Position numbers and translations under genes: made by a program. Below, one piece after another: positions 32,914 through 43,426 of a DNA stretch of 64,000 nt. This stretch comes from an uncultured Candidatus Pelagibacter sp. GTDB lineage: Bacteria; Pseudomonadota; Alphaproteobacteria; Pelagibacterales; Pelagibacteraceae. The stretch spans positions 647,035 through 711,034 of the forward strand of contig CALSQC010000001.1 of NCBI GenBank assembly GCA_943788395.1. The letters run 5' to 3'. The notes beneath the pieces are model-generated. The model was not told the DNA's origin and made no database searches. It saw nothing but the letters and a program-made list of their open reading frames with translations. Numbering within the stretch: position 1 is the stretch's first letter; every line of letters starts with the position of its first letter.

Positions 32914-33423
32914 TTAAAATCTTTTTAAAAAATTGAGCATATAACTATTAGCACCTGGATTTTTATCTCCTAGGTTAGCATTAGAAATATGATTATACTT
33001 TAGCCCAAACTCACTATTTTCAAACAAGTCTACCGTAAGCTGCAACTCAGATTTGAATTCAACTATATGTCCAAGATTTTTACCATTGCCCTCGCCATAA
33101 AGACCAGGCGTAAAGCTTGGATTAAAATTTAATTTTCCCAACTTGTACTGAGCTTGTACTCCCGTATAAACGTATGATGCACTATTTTGCATAAACATTA
33201 CACCTGTAACTGGTGAAATATTTCCTAGAAAAGTATCTCTATTTAATTCTTCATTTTGATGTTGAATTCCAATTAATGATGTAACTTTGCCTTCATCACT
33301 AAAATCAAATTTACCAGTATAAAAACTATACTCAGTATTTTTTTCTTCTGAGTTAACAGGTAAAATAAAAGCACCTAAAGCGACAGCTAAGATTACTTTT
33401 TTTAATAAATTATTAATTTTCAT
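32914..33423 (-). CDS. outer-membrane lipid A deacylase (PagL)-like protein
   Basis: Signal peptide from MKINNLLKKVILAVALGAF and a C-terminal beta-barrel with an HISN motif. I use the start at 33423 rather than the track's 33489. Confidence 0.5.
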   Translation of the reverse strand: MKINNLLKKVILAVALGAFILPVNSEEKNTEYSFYTGKFDFSDEGKVTSLIGIQHQNEELNRDTFLGNISPVTGVMFMQNSASYVYTGVQAQYKLGKLNFNPSFTPGLYGEGNGKNLGHIVEFKSELQLTVDLFENSEFGLKYNHISNANLGDKNPGANSYMLNFLKRF

Positions 33424-33425
33424 TT

Positions 33426-33785
33426 TTATTTCAATTTTTTCCTTATTATTGCACCACCAAGCAAAAATAACAATAACGGTAATATCCAAAGAATATATGT
33501 GTTTTTATTTAATTCTGGCTCAAAGATTACCCAATCACCATACCTTTTTCTTAAAAATTCATAAATTTGTTTCTCAGATTTGCCTTCATTAATTTTCTTT
33601 TTAACAAGAAGTTTAATAGTAGAAGAAAATTCAGACTCAGAGTCATAAACAGACTGACCTTGACAAACTAAACAACGGATATTTTTTAAAATTTTGTTAT
33701 TAAGATTTTTATCTTTTATATCAGTATTCGCATTAGCGATATTTATAAATAAAACCACTAATAAAAATGTTTTTAATATTCTCAT
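33426..33785 (-). CDS. ccmH: cytochrome c biogenesis protein CcmH
   Basis: 119 aa. Signal peptide, the CLVCQGQS (CXXC) motif and a C-terminal TM helix. Confidence 0.85.
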   Translation of the reverse strand: MRILKTFLLVVLFINIANANTDIKDKNLNNKILKNIRCLVCQGQSVYDSESEFSSTIKLLVKKKINEGKSEKQIYEFLRKRYGDWVIFEPELNKNTYILWILPLLLFLLGGAIIRKKLK

Positions 33786-34303
33786 TTTATAATTTGCATA
33801 ATTTGATTTAATGTTTTTTTATTAATTGGACCAATAAATTTTTTAACAATAGTCTTATTTTTATTAATAATAAAAGTCTCTGGTACTCCATATGCGCCAA
33901 ATTCAATACTTAAAAATCCATTTTTGTCAGTTAAATTTTTTGAATAAGGATTTCCAAGTTCATTAATAAATTTTTTTGCATTATTCAAATTATCTTTATA
34001 ATTTAATCCAATTATTTTAACATTTTCACTTTTACTTAATTCCATTAAAAACTTATGTTCTTTTCTACAGGGCACACACCATGACGCCCAAATATTTACT
34101 ATATAAAAGATATCCTCTTTAAAAAGTTCTTCTGAACTAATACTTTTATTAGAATAAAAATCCTTAGCCTCAAATATAGGAAGTTTTTGTTTTGTATTTA
34201 TTTTAGGTGTATAGATATTTGAACTATTTAACCCATTATAAAAAATAACAAAACAGAAAATTAAGAATATTATTACAACTGATAAATAAATCTTATTTTT
34301 CAT
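33782..34303 (-). CDS. ccmG: thiol:disulfide interchange protein CcmG/DsbE
   Basis: 173 aa. Thioredoxin motif WASWCVPCRKEH and GVPETFII. Confidence 0.88.
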   Translation of the reverse strand: MKNKIYLSVVIIFLIFCFVIFYNGLNSSNIYTPKINTKQKLPIFEAKDFYSNKSISSEELFKEDIFYIVNIWASWCVPCRKEHKFLMELSKSENVKIIGLNYKDNLNNAKKFINELGNPYSKNLTDKNGFLSIEFGAYGVPETFIINKNKTIVKKFIGPINKKTLNQIMQIIK

Positions 34304-36173
34304 TTTTTGCTCTTAAAAAACTAATCATTCCACCAAGACTTATTAATAATACAGAAATCCATATCCAAAGCATAAATGGTTTTACTTGGTATCTAATATT
34401 AAAATATTCATTACCCTTAACAGTATTCATTACTAAAAAATTATCTTTTAACAATGTTGTTTTAATGTCTGCTTCACTTGTTATAATTATTGGTTGATTA
34501 TAAACTCTAAGTTCTGGCTTTAAATTGAATATATCTCCTCGATTATCAGTTATTTTAAAATGTCCAACAATGGAGTTAAAATTTTTTTCTTTTTTTTCTT
34601 CTATTTTTTTAAAGAAAATTTCTCCTCCTTCATAGTTATATCTTTCTCCTACTTTCATATTGGTGCTAACTTCTGATGATGTTATGCTATTTAGCAAGAT
34701 ACTAAGTATAAACAAACTAAAACCAAAATGGGCAACTGTTTGTGATAAAATTTTTTTTCTATTAAAAAATTCTACGGTTGTTGTAAAAAACAAGAATAAA
34801 GATGTCCCGATTAAAATTGTATATAAAAATAAATCAACTTGAAAATTTTTAGTTACAAGAAAGGATATTGTTATTGAAATTGTAAAAAATATAATTAATA
34901 AATTTTTATTACTAATTTCTGATTTGATCCATTTAAGTCTAGATCCAAAAACCATAAATATTAAAAAAGGAACAAGAAAAGGAATTATAAGTTTATGATA
35001 GAATGGAGGTCCAACTGAGATTTTATCAGATGAAATCACATCTAAAAATATTGGGTATACTGTGCCAATTAATACCACGGATAAAAAATACATCATAAAC
35101 CAATTATTTAATAAGATTGAAGTTTCTTTACTTAGCCAAAAAAAATTTTTGTTGTCTTTATATTGTTCTTTGTGAAATATAAAAAATATTCCTAAAGATA
35201 AAAAAATCAAAATAAATAAAAAAATCAAAATAAAAATACCTCTTGCTGGATCATTTGCAAAAGTATGTACTGAATTTAATATTCCAGATCTCACTAAAAA
35301 AGTTCCACACATACTAAGTGTAAAAGATGCAATACTTAATATAACTACCCACGACGTTAAAAGTAACCTTCTCTCTAAAACTAAAATACAATGTAACAAA
35401 GCTGTTAAGGTTAGCCATGGCATTAAAGAAACATTCTCAACAGGGTCCCAGAACCAAAAACCTCCCCATCCTAATTCATAATAAGCCCAGATAGATCCAA
35501 GCATTATTCCTATGCTTAAAAAGATCCAAGATATTAAGACCCATTTTTTAATATGTTTGGCCCATTCACTATTTATGTAGTTTTGAATAACTGCTGCCAA
35601 AGCAGCAGAAAAAATAATCGAGGATCCTACATAACCAAGATATAAAATTGGAGGATGTATAGCTAATGCTGGATCTTGTAAAATTGGATTAAGACCAAGC
35701 CCTTCATTTGGAACTGGGAATACATAAATAAAAGGATTAGATGTAACTAGTACAAATAAAAAAAATCCAATTATTATTATTTGTTGAAATAATAAAGTTG
35801 AAATTCTATATTTTTTTGGTTGGTTGATTGATTTGATTATAAATAAGAAAATAAATAAAGTTAATACCAATAACCATAATAATAAACTTCCCTCATGATT
35901 TCCCCATGTGCCAGAAATTTTATAGAACAAAGGTTTGGTCGTATGTGAATTATTAAATACTGTTTCATTACTAAAATCTGAATTCACAAATGAAAATATC
36001 AAACACAAAAAACTAACTACAACAAAGAAAAATTGTAAAAAAGATAAGACAATTATGTTTTGGTCAATTTTTTTGCTGGGACTTGTCAGATCTTTGGTTG
36101 CAAAAAAACTTAATGTGAAAGAAAAAATTAAACCTAAGATTAATGAATAATATCCTATTTGACTAGCTAGCAA
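34293..36173 (-). CDS. ccmF: cytochrome c heme lyase subunit CcmF
   Basis: 626 aa, polytopic, with the WGGFWFWDPVEN tryptophan-rich motif. Confidence 0.92.
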   Translation of the reverse strand: MLASQIGYYSLILGLIFSFTLSFFATKDLTSPSKKIDQNIIVLSFLQFFFVVVSFLCLIFSFVNSDFSNETVFNNSHTTKPLFYKISGTWGNHEGSLLLWLLVLTLFIFLFIIKSINQPKKYRISTLLFQQIIIIGFFLFVLVTSNPFIYVFPVPNEGLGLNPILQDPALAIHPPILYLGYVGSSIIFSAALAAVIQNYINSEWAKHIKKWVLISWIFLSIGIMLGSIWAYYELGWGGFWFWDPVENVSLMPWLTLTALLHCILVLERRLLLTSWVVILSIASFTLSMCGTFLVRSGILNSVHTFANDPARGIFILIFLFILIFLSLGIFFIFHKEQYKDNKNFFWLSKETSILLNNWFMMYFLSVVLIGTVYPIFLDVISSDKISVGPPFYHKLIIPFLVPFLIFMVFGSRLKWIKSEISNKNLLIIFFTISITISFLVTKNFQVDLFLYTILIGTSLFLFFTTTVEFFNRKKILSQTVAHFGFSLFILSILLNSITSSEVSTNMKVGERYNYEGGEIFFKKIEEKKEKNFNSIVGHFKITDNRGDIFNLKPELRVYNQPIIITSEADIKTTLLKDNFLVMNTVKGNEYFNIRYQVKPFMLWIWISVLLISLGGMISFLRAKNEK

Positions 36174-36174
36174 T

Positions 36175-36594
36175 TTACTTCTCTCCTATGGCTTTTTTAA
36201 CTTCAGGGGGCATATAGTTTTCATCATGTTTTGCCAAAATTTTTGTTGCCATAAAATAATTTCTATCTTTTAAAAAACCTTCTGCAACAACTCCTTTACC
36301 CTCTTCAAATAAATTTGGAACAGCACCAGAATAACGAACGTTAATTTCATTTTTAAAATCAGTTATGATAAAATTAATTTCTTTAGAATTTACTGAAACA
36401 GACTGCATTTTTACCATTCCACCAACTCTTATTTTATTTTTATCTAACTCTACTAATGATTTTATTTCTGATGGCGACTGAAAGTAAACAACATTTTCTT
36501 TCAAAGATTGTAAAATTAGGAAGACTGACAAAATTACTGTCAAAAGAATTAAAACTAAAAATAAAAAACGAAGTTTAACTTTTTTACCATACAT
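36175..36594 (-). CDS. ccmE: heme chaperone CcmE
   Basis: 139 aa. N-terminal anchor and C-terminal [13 protein letters not shown] with the heme-binding His. Confidence 0.9.
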   Translation of the reverse strand: MYGKKVKLRFLFLVLILLTVILSVFLILQSLKENVVYFQSPSEIKSLVELDKNKIRVGGMVKMQSVSVNSKEINFIITDFKNEINVRYSGAVPNLFEEGKGVVAEGFLKDRNYFMATKILAKHDENYMPPEVKKAIGEK

Positions 36595-36604
36595 GGTTTA
36601 TAAG

Positions 36605-36832
36605 TTAAATATTCGAAGTATTTGACAATATTTCTTTATTGATTCTATGTGATTTTGCAATTTCTGCTTTCTTTGAACTTAAAGAACCAAACTTAGCTCT
36701 AAATTTCTTCTGTTCTTTTAAAAGTTGTAACTTGGTTACAAGATATAAAGATGCAAAACTTATTAATGTAAATGCAAAAGCAGACCAAACGTATGCTCCG
36801 TATCCATTCATTGAAATTATTTCATAAATCAT
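36605..36832 (-). CDS. ccmD: heme exporter protein CcmD
   Basis: Small single-TM protein with GYGAYVWSAFAF, lying between ccmC and ccmE. The true start may be the Met at about 36811. Confidence 0.7.
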   Translation of the reverse strand: MIYEIISMNGYGAYVWSAFAFTLISFASLYLVTKLQLLKEQKKFRAKFGSLSSKKAEIAKSHRINKEILSNTSNI

Positions 36833-37554
36833 AATCTATCTAATCCTTTATTTTTAACTTTTACCAGTTCCGTATTATATTTCATCAAAAAAATAAGCAA
36901 TGAAAAAAGAGCAAATGCCGCAGTCATAATGCTTAATGGGATCAGCATAGCAACATCAATTGACGTATTAGACAAAATATTAATTGATGCAGGCTGATGA
37001 AGTGTGTTCCACCAATCAACTGAAAATTTAATTATTGGAACATTTATAACTCCTAAAATTATAATCATAGAAGTGATCTTGATTACTTTATCTTGGTCCT
37101 CATAAACTCTCCAGGCCAATAAATACATTCCATAAAATAAAGCTAAGATTAACATAGAAGTAATTCTAGCATCCCAAGCCCACCAAGTACCCCATGTTGG
37201 TTTACCCCAAATTGATCCTGTTACTAATGCAATAATATTAAAAATAAATCCTGAGGGAGCTAAACTTTTTGAAATTAATGCAAAATTTTTATTTTTAAAG
37301 ACAAAACTTCCAACTGACAACAGAGCTAAACTTGAAAATATACCAAGTGCTATCCAAGCAGCTGGTACATGAACATACATAATTCTTACCGCATCACTTT
37401 GTTTATAATCCTCAGGTGAGAGAAAAAGTGCTTCAGTTAAACCAATAGTTAAAACAATAATAAATAAAAATAAAACGTATTTTGGTGCCTTAGAAGTAAG
37501 GGAAAAAATTTTATTAGGTTCAAAAGAATTAAACATATAAAAATTATATATCAA
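36829..37554 (-). CDS. ccmC: heme exporter protein CcmC
   Basis: 241 aa with the WGTWWAWDARIT motif. The track uses a TTG start; an ATG at about 37536 is an alternative. Confidence 0.9.
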   Translation of the reverse strand: MIYNFYMFNSFEPNKIFSLTSKAPKYVLFLFIIVLTIGLTEALFLSPEDYKQSDAVRIMYVHVPAAWIALGIFSSLALLSVGSFVFKNKNFALISKSLAPSGFIFNIIALVTGSIWGKPTWGTWWAWDARITSMLILALFYGMYLLAWRVYEDQDKVIKITSMIIILGVINVPIIKFSVDWWNTLHQPASINILSNTSIDVAMLIPLSIMTAAFALFSLLIFLMKYNTELVKVKNKGLDRL

Positions 37555-37592
37555 AAAAAAATAGTTTAATTAATTTATTTTGGATTTTTCTA

Positions 37593-37653
37593 CTGACCAA
37601 GAGTGTAAAGGGAGATAATAATTTGAGGGTAAATTAAATGCACTCTTGATCAG
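37593..37653 (-). promoter_or_regulatory. 13-bp stem enclosing a 35-nt pyrimidine-motif loop between hspQ-like and ccmC
   Basis: 37593..37605 (ctgaccaagagtg) pairs with 37641..37653 (cactcttgatcag). Pairing is perfect on the minus strand, with one G-U. The same position is a C-A mismatch on the plus strand. Confidence 0.3.
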
Positions 37654-37716
37654 AATAAAAATACATTAACTGGGATCTGTGTCTAAGTTTTGAACTAATT
37701 GTGTTTGAAAAATGAA

Positions 37717-38037
37717 TTAATTTGAGGGCTTAAAATAGCTAGACCCTTTTCGTCCTGAGAAAATTTCCTCTATTAAAGGGTGTTTTATAGGCTCCTCTGA
37801 GTCATCCATAAGTAGATTTTGCTCAGAAACATATGCCTCATATGTGATTTCATCATTTTCAGCTAATAAATGATAAAAAGGTTGATCTTTTCTTGGTCTC
37901 ACATTTTTTGGGATAGACTGATACCACTCTTCAGAATTATTAAACTCAAAGTCCACATCATAAATCACACCCCTAAACTCGAAGTGTTTATGTTTAACTA
38001 TGTCACCTATCGAAAATTTAGCTTTTTGAATTGCCAT
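37717..38037 (-). CDS. HspQ/YccV-like hemimethylated-DNA-binding domain protein
   Basis: 106 aa. The FSIGDIVKHKHFEFRGVIYDVD N-terminus is typical of the YccV-like family. Confidence 0.7.
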   Translation of the reverse strand: MAIQKAKFSIGDIVKHKHFEFRGVIYDVDFEFNNSEEWYQSIPKNVRPRKDQPFYHLLAENDEITYEAYVSEQNLLMDDSEEPIKHPLIEEIFSGRKGSSYFKPSN

Positions 38038-38107
38038 TACCTTTAATATGGGGTTTTAAAAGTAAAAATCAATAAAAAAAATATAAAAGTTTTGTGGATA
38101 TGTTAAT

Positions 38108-38668
38108 ATGTCTCAAATGAATAAATCATTTCTTAAATTTGCAACTGACTTCGGGCCTTTAGCGATATTTTTTTTTTATTATTATAATAGCGATAAAAAT
38201 TTATCTGTCGCTATACCTCCACTTATAGTTGCAACTATAGCTTCATTATTTATTGTTTGGTTTTTTGAAAAGAAAATACCGATGATGCCATTGATTAGTG
38301 GAATATTAATTACTTTTTTTGGTGGCCTTACAATATACTTTAACGACCCAACTTTTATTTATGTAAAACCTACAATTATAAATCTTTTGTTTGCTATTGG
38401 GTTAATTTTTGGAAAATACTTTACTAAAGAACCTGTTTTAAAAAAAATAATGGGTAAATCAATCTCACTTACAGATATTGGGTGGGAGTTACTAAATAAA
38501 AGGTGGGCAATTTTTTTTATTGGGCTTGCTATTTTAAATGAATGTATTTGGCGAACACAAAGTGAGGAATTTTGGGTAAATTTTAAAGTTTGGGGCATGT
38601 TACCGATCACTCTCATTTTTACTATCTTTCAAGTTTCTTTAATAAGCAAACATAAGATTAATGAATAA
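38108..38668 (+). CDS. yciB: inner-membrane protein YciB / intracellular septation protein A
   Basis: 186 aa, 5 TM segments, with FGPLAIFFFYYY... and a YciB-like layout. Confidence 0.7.
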   Translation: MSQMNKSFLKFATDFGPLAIFFFYYYNSDKNLSVAIPPLIVATIASLFIVWFFEKKIPMMPLISGILITFFGGLTIYFNDPTFIYVKPTIINLLFAIGLIFGKYFTKEPVLKKIMGKSISLTDIGWELLNKRWAIFFIGLAILNECIWRTQSEEFWVNFKVWGMLPITLIFTIFQVSLISKHKINE

Positions 38669-39008
38669 AAACCTTAAACTTGTGATTAATAATTCACAGA
38701 GCAAAATTGAAGAAAAACAAATTTTTTTTGAAAAAAATGAACTCAAGATTATTTTAGACCTGTATGCCAAAATGGTTTCTCAAGGATCTTGGAAGGATTA
38801 TGGTTTAAACATTTCTGCTAAACAAGTCAGCTTCAGTGTTTTTAAAAATGCAGCAGAAAATGCTTTATATAAAATCTGTAAAAATTTTAAGCCTAATAAT
38901 AAAAATCTTAAGTATTTAATTACAGATACTAATGGAAAAATATTAAAAAATTCGTTTGATCTTGATGTGTTACTTAAAAATACTAATTGGAAAAAACTTA
39001 AAAAATAA
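38661..39008 (+). CDS. conserved alphaproteobacterial protein, DUF2794-like
   Basis: 115 aa. The pattern F.K.EL..IL.LY...V..G.WKDY resembles DUF2794 from memory. Confidence 0.35.
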   Translation: MNKNLKLVINNSQSKIEEKQIFFEKNELKIILDLYAKMVSQGSWKDYGLNISAKQVSFSVFKNAAENALYKICKNFKPNNKNLKYLITDTNGKILKNSFDLDVLLKNTNWKKLKK

Positions 39009-39010
39009 AA

Positions 39011-39772
39011 TTATCTTCTTTGACCAAATAATCTTAGCAACATTATAAATAAATTAATAAAGTCTAAGTAAAGAGTAAGTGCGCCCATGACAGCTTTTTT
39101 GCCCATGATTTCACCTGTATCACTTACTGCATACATGTTTTTAATTTTCTGAGTATCATAAGCTGTTAAGCCCACAAAAATTAAAACACCTAAGATTGAG
39201 ATTACAAAATACATCATTGATGATTTCATAAAAATATTAACAATTGAAGCTATGATAATTCCAATTAATCCCATGATTAAAAATGAGCCCAACTTTGTTA
39301 AATCTCTTTTAGTTGTATAACCATATATGCTCATTGCACCAAATGTTGCAGAGCAGATAAAGAAAACTCTAGTTACACTCATACCTGTGTAAACTAATAA
39401 AATTGAAGATAATGATAAACCCATTAATCCAGCAAAAACCCAAAAAGTTGTTTGAGCCTTTGATGCGCTCATTTTGTTAATTCCAAAACTCATATAGAAA
39501 ACGATTCCTAAAGGAGCCAACATAACAAGCCATTTTAGTCCTGACATATAAATTGCATTACCCATTGAAGTCAGTGCCACAATCGATCCTGCATCATTAG
39601 TTACTACTGACATTTTAAAAGTCAAAAGCGCAACTATTCCTGTTAGTAAAATTCCAGTTGCCATGTAATTATAAACTTTAAGCATGTAGGCTCTTAAGCC
39701 TTCATCCATTACTACAGTTGACTGTTGAGCTTCTTTTGCTTTATTTAATATATTTTGTTTATTGAATTCCAT
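39011..39772 (-). CDS. Bax inhibitor-1 / YccA family membrane protein
   Basis: 253 aa, 7 TM segments. LRAYMLKVYNYM N-terminus and C-terminal LYLDFINLFIMLLRLFG. Confidence 0.85.
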   Translation of the reverse strand: MEFNKQNILNKAKEAQQSTVVMDEGLRAYMLKVYNYMATGILLTGIVALLTFKMSVVTNDAGSIVALTSMGNAIYMSGLKWLVMLAPLGIVFYMSFGINKMSASKAQTTFWVFAGLMGLSLSSILLVYTGMSVTRVFFICSATFGAMSIYGYTTKRDLTKLGSFLIMGLIGIIIASIVNIFMKSSMMYFVISILGVLIFVGLTAYDTQKIKNMYAVSDTGEIMGKKAVMGALTLYLDFINLFIMLLRLFGQRR

Positions 39773-39837
39773 GGCATATATATAATATCCTTTTACTAAT
39801 AATTCAAGATGTCTTAGAACCCTTAAAATAAATACTT

Positions 39838-40875
39838 ATGAATTATAAAAAACTAGGAAATACCGATATTGATGTAAGTACAATTTGTCTTGGAACTATG
39901 ACTTGGGGAGAGCAAAATAGTCAAGAGGAAGGGTTTGAGCAAATGGATTATGCTTTGGAACAAGGAGTGAATTTTTGGGATACTGCAGAAATCTACTCTA
40001 TACCACCAAAACAAGAAACATTTGGAGACACAGAAGTAATCATCGGAAATTGGTTTGAAAAAACAGGTAAAAGGGACAAAGTAATTTTAGCATCAAAAGT
40101 TTGTGGGCCCATGCGAGAGTATGTTAGAGGCGGTGGCAATCAATTTGGAACAAAAAATATAACTGAAGCTCTTGAAGGGAGCCTTAAAAGATTAAAAACT
40201 GATTATATTGATTTGTATCAGTTACATTGGCCAGAAAGAAAAACAAACTTTTTTGGGAAATTAGGTTATGAACATGATGATAGTAACGAGTGGACTCAAT
40301 TTGAGAATATTTTGGAAGATTTAAAAAAATTTCAAAAAGAGGGAAAAATAAGACATATAGGACTATCGAATGAAACTCCTTGGGGATTATCTAAATTTTT
40401 AGAACTGTCTAAAAGTAAAAACTTGCCAAGAATGCTTTCTGTTCAAAATCCATATAATTTACTAAACAGAACTTATGAAGTTGGTCTTGCAGAGATGTCA
40501 GTTAGAGAAAAAGCTGGATTATTAGCTTATTCTCCATTGGCCTGTGGATACTTATCAGGAAAATATAGAAACAATCAAATGCCAAAAGGCACAAGAATAG
40601 AGCGCGATGGTGATTTTTGGTCTAGATATAATAAGCCTAATGCCGGCAAAGCAATTGATGCTTATTATGAAGTGGCACAAAAATATGAACTGGATTTAGC
40701 TCAAATGTCTCTGAAATTTTTAGAGATACAGCCATTTGTAACATCAGTTATTATTGGTGCTACGACAATGGAGCAGTTGAAAACTAATATAGAAAGTGTA
40801 AATGTTGATCTTAAAAATGAAATTATAAAAGAAATTAATGATGTACAAACAATATATCCTAATCCATGCCCATAA
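39838..40875 (+). CDS. aldo/keto reductase (Tas-like)
   Basis: 345 aa. LGTMTWG, FWDTAEIY, DLYQLHWP and GLSNETPWG motifs. Confidence 0.88.
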   Translation: MNYKKLGNTDIDVSTICLGTMTWGEQNSQEEGFEQMDYALEQGVNFWDTAEIYSIPPKQETFGDTEVIIGNWFEKTGKRDKVILASKVCGPMREYVRGGGNQFGTKNITEALEGSLKRLKTDYIDLYQLHWPERKTNFFGKLGYEHDDSNEWTQFENILEDLKKFQKEGKIRHIGLSNETPWGLSKFLELSKSKNLPRMLSVQNPYNLLNRTYEVGLAEMSVREKAGLLAYSPLACGYLSGKYRNNQMPKGTRIERDGDFWSRYNKPNAGKAIDAYYEVAQKYELDLAQMSLKFLEIQPFVTSVIIGATTMEQLKTNIESVNVDLKNEIIKEINDVQTIYPNPCP

Positions 40876-41372
40876 TTAAAAAATTAATAATAATAATTTT
40901 CTTTGTTACTTTTTCAAATTTTCTTAATGCTGAAGAAGTAAAAAAATTAGGCAAACACAAAGATTGGGAAACCTATGTGATAAATGGTGCTTCTGGAAAA
41001 ATTTGCTTTGCTCAATCTAAACCAGTTTTACAAGCTCCAAAAAATAATCCAAGAGAAGCAAGGCTATTCATTAGTTTTAGACCCGGTGAAAATATAGATA
41101 ACGAGATTAGCATCACTAGTGGTTATGACTATAATAATAAAAATTCAGTAACAGCAGTGTCTGGAAAAAATAAATATAACTTTGATATCATCCAAGAAAA
41201 TTTTGCTTGGATGGCAGATAATAAGTTTGAAAACAAGATGATCAAAACAATGAAAAAAGGTTCTCGTATAATGGTAAAAGCACACAACCAAAAAGGTTCA
41301 CAAACTATAGATCACTATTCTTTGCTTGGTTTTACAAAAGCATATAAGGCTACAAAAGCAAACTGTAGCTAA
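40866..41372 (+). CDS. exported protein of unknown function (possibly IalB-like)
   Basis: 168 aa. Signal peptide KKLIIIIFFVTFSNFLNA/EE. The family assignment is only a guess. Confidence 0.4.
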   Translation: MPIIKKLIIIIFFVTFSNFLNAEEVKKLGKHKDWETYVINGASGKICFAQSKPVLQAPKNNPREARLFISFRPGENIDNEISITSGYDYNNKNSVTAVSGKNKYNFDIIQENFAWMADNKFENKMIKTMKKGSRIMVKAHNQKGSQTIDHYSLLGFTKAYKATKANCS

Positions 41373-41376
41373 ATAA

Positions 41377-42567
41377 ATGAAATTAAAAAAAAAAATTGTA
41401 CTCGCTTATTCGGGTGGGTTGGACACATCTATTATATTAAAATGGTTACAAGAAAACTATAACGCTGACATAATTTGTTTCACTGCTGATGTAGGTCAAG
41501 AAATTGATAGAAAAAAAATTATAAAAAATGCAAAAAGACTAGGTGTCAAAAACGTTATCATTGAAAACTTAAAAGATACTTTTGTAAAAGATTATGTTTT
41601 TCCAATGCTAAGAGGTCACGCTATTTATGAGGGAGTTTATTTGTTGGGCACTTCAATTGCGAGACCTTTAATTGCTAAAAGACAAATTGCTGTTGCAAAA
41701 AAATTTGGTGCTTATGCAGTTTCACATGGTTCAACTGGAAAAGGAAATGATCAAGTAAGGTTTGAGTTGGGTTATCATTATTTTGGTCCTAATATCAAAA
41801 TTATAGCACCTTGGAGAATTTGGAAATTAAACTCAAGAACTGATTTAATTAAATATGCAAAAAAAAATAATATTCCTATACCTTCAGATAAAAAAGGAGC
41901 TCCACCCTTTTCTATTGATGATAATTTATACCATACCTCAACAGAAGGAAAAGTTTTAGAAAATCCTAAAAATGCAGCACCAGAATTTCTTTTTCAAAGA
42001 ACTGTGTCACCTGAAAAAGCTCCAAACAAATCTACATTTATAACGATAGGGTTTAAAAGTAGTGATCCAATATCTGTTAACGGTAAAAAGTTATCACCAG
42101 GAAATTTATTACAAAAGCTTAATGAGATTGCTGGGAAAAATGGAATAGGTAGAGTTGATTTAGTAGAAAATAGATTTATTGGAATTAAATCAAGAGGTGT
42201 TTATGAAACACCCGGTGGAACCTTATTAATGACCGCACATAGAGCAATCGAGTCGGTAACACTTGATAAAGAAACAATGCATAAAAAAGATGAGATAATG
42301 CCAAAGTATGCTGAGCTTATTTACAATGGTTATTGGTATTCAAAAGCAAGATTTAAGCTTCAAAAAATTGTAGATCTAAAAAAACATAAAGTTAATGGGG
42401 AAATAAAACTAAAATTATATAAAGGAAATATAACTATCGTATCTAGACAAACAAAAAGCGGTGCTTACTCCATGAAAAAAGTTTCATTTGAAGAAAACAA
42501 AACTTTTAATAAATCTAATATTGAAAGATTTATTAATTCTCATAAAAAAAAACTAAGATCTAATTAA
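41377..42567 (+). CDS. argG: argininosuccinate synthase
   Basis: 396 aa. AYSGGLDTS and GSTGKGNDQVRFE motifs. Confidence 0.95.
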   Translation: MKLKKKIVLAYSGGLDTSIILKWLQENYNADIICFTADVGQEIDRKKIIKNAKRLGVKNVIIENLKDTFVKDYVFPMLRGHAIYEGVYLLGTSIARPLIAKRQIAVAKKFGAYAVSHGSTGKGNDQVRFELGYHYFGPNIKIIAPWRIWKLNSRTDLIKYAKKNNIPIPSDKKGAPPFSIDDNLYHTSTEGKVLENPKNAAPEFLFQRTVSPEKAPNKSTFITIGFKSSDPISVNGKKLSPGNLLQKLNEIAGKNGIGRVDLVENRFIGIKSRGVYETPGGTLLMTAHRAIESVTLDKETMHKKDEIMPKYAELIYNGYWYSKARFKLQKIVDLKKHKVNGEIKLKLYKGNITIVSRQTKSGAYSMKKVSFEENKTFNKSNIERFINSHKKKLRSN

Positions 42568-43271
42568 TTTTTAAGTTCAAAAATGCCATTTGGTCCAATA
42601 ATTTTTATCAAATTATAATTATACTTTGTTAAATAATGTTGAAATTTTTTTTCATTTATTTTATTTTCAAAATCTAACATCTCAATACAAATAAGCTTTG
42701 CTTTATAAATATTTAAATCTATTCCTTCTAAAACTTCAAAATCGTGAGCCTCAGCATCAATATTAATAAAGTCTATTTGTGTATCTTTAATATTTTGTGC
42801 TTCAGTAATTTGACTAAATTTGTATGTATGAATTTTTCTCTCTAAGTGGCTATTGAAAGAAATTTCTTTAGAAACTGTATCTGAAAATTTTTTTTCTAAA
42901 CTGTTAACTGGACTAAAATCATGATCTAGATATTGTGTGGCTTCTTTACTCTCATTTGAAATGGCAGCGCATATATTTTTATCTCCTTTTCTCAATACAT
43001 TAAACATATCAATTGAAGTTTGATTCATATCAATATTTATTCCTTTCCATCCTCTATTAAAAAGTAATGCTGTATTGCTATATTTAATTGGATGATAACA
43101 ACCTATATCTAAATAAAATCCATTCTTCGTATCTTTAAAATAATTATCAATAAATAAGTCCTCTCGATGTTGGGAGTATGTCTTTCTTTTTTTTAAAGCT
43201 TTATTTTTATAATAAAGATTAAAATACAAATAAGGTTTATAAAAAATACCAGTTTTAAAAATTTTGCTCAT
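42564..43271 (-). CDS. FkbM-family methyltransferase
   Basis: 235 aa. The YLDIGCYHP SAM-binding-like motif and FkbM-like length. Confidence 0.5.
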   Translation of the reverse strand: MSKIFKTGIFYKPYLYFNLYYKNKALKKRKTYSQHREDLFIDNYFKDTKNGFYLDIGCYHPIKYSNTALLFNRGWKGINIDMNQTSIDMFNVLRKGDKNICAAISNESKEATQYLDHDFSPVNSLEKKFSDTVSKEISFNSHLERKIHTYKFSQITEAQNIKDTQIDFINIDAEAHDFEVLEGIDLNIYKAKLICIEMLDFENKINEKKFQHYLTKYNYNLIKIIGPNGIFELKN

Positions 43272-43426
43272 TATGTCTTATTTAAGAAGTCTTTTTATCA
43301 CATATTAAATAATTTAATTAAAGCTTAGAACTATTAAATACCATAGAATTTATTAAGATTATTTACTATAAAAAGAGAAGACAATTTGACGTTTGCCTTT
43401 AATTCATAAATATCTATTCTATCATA

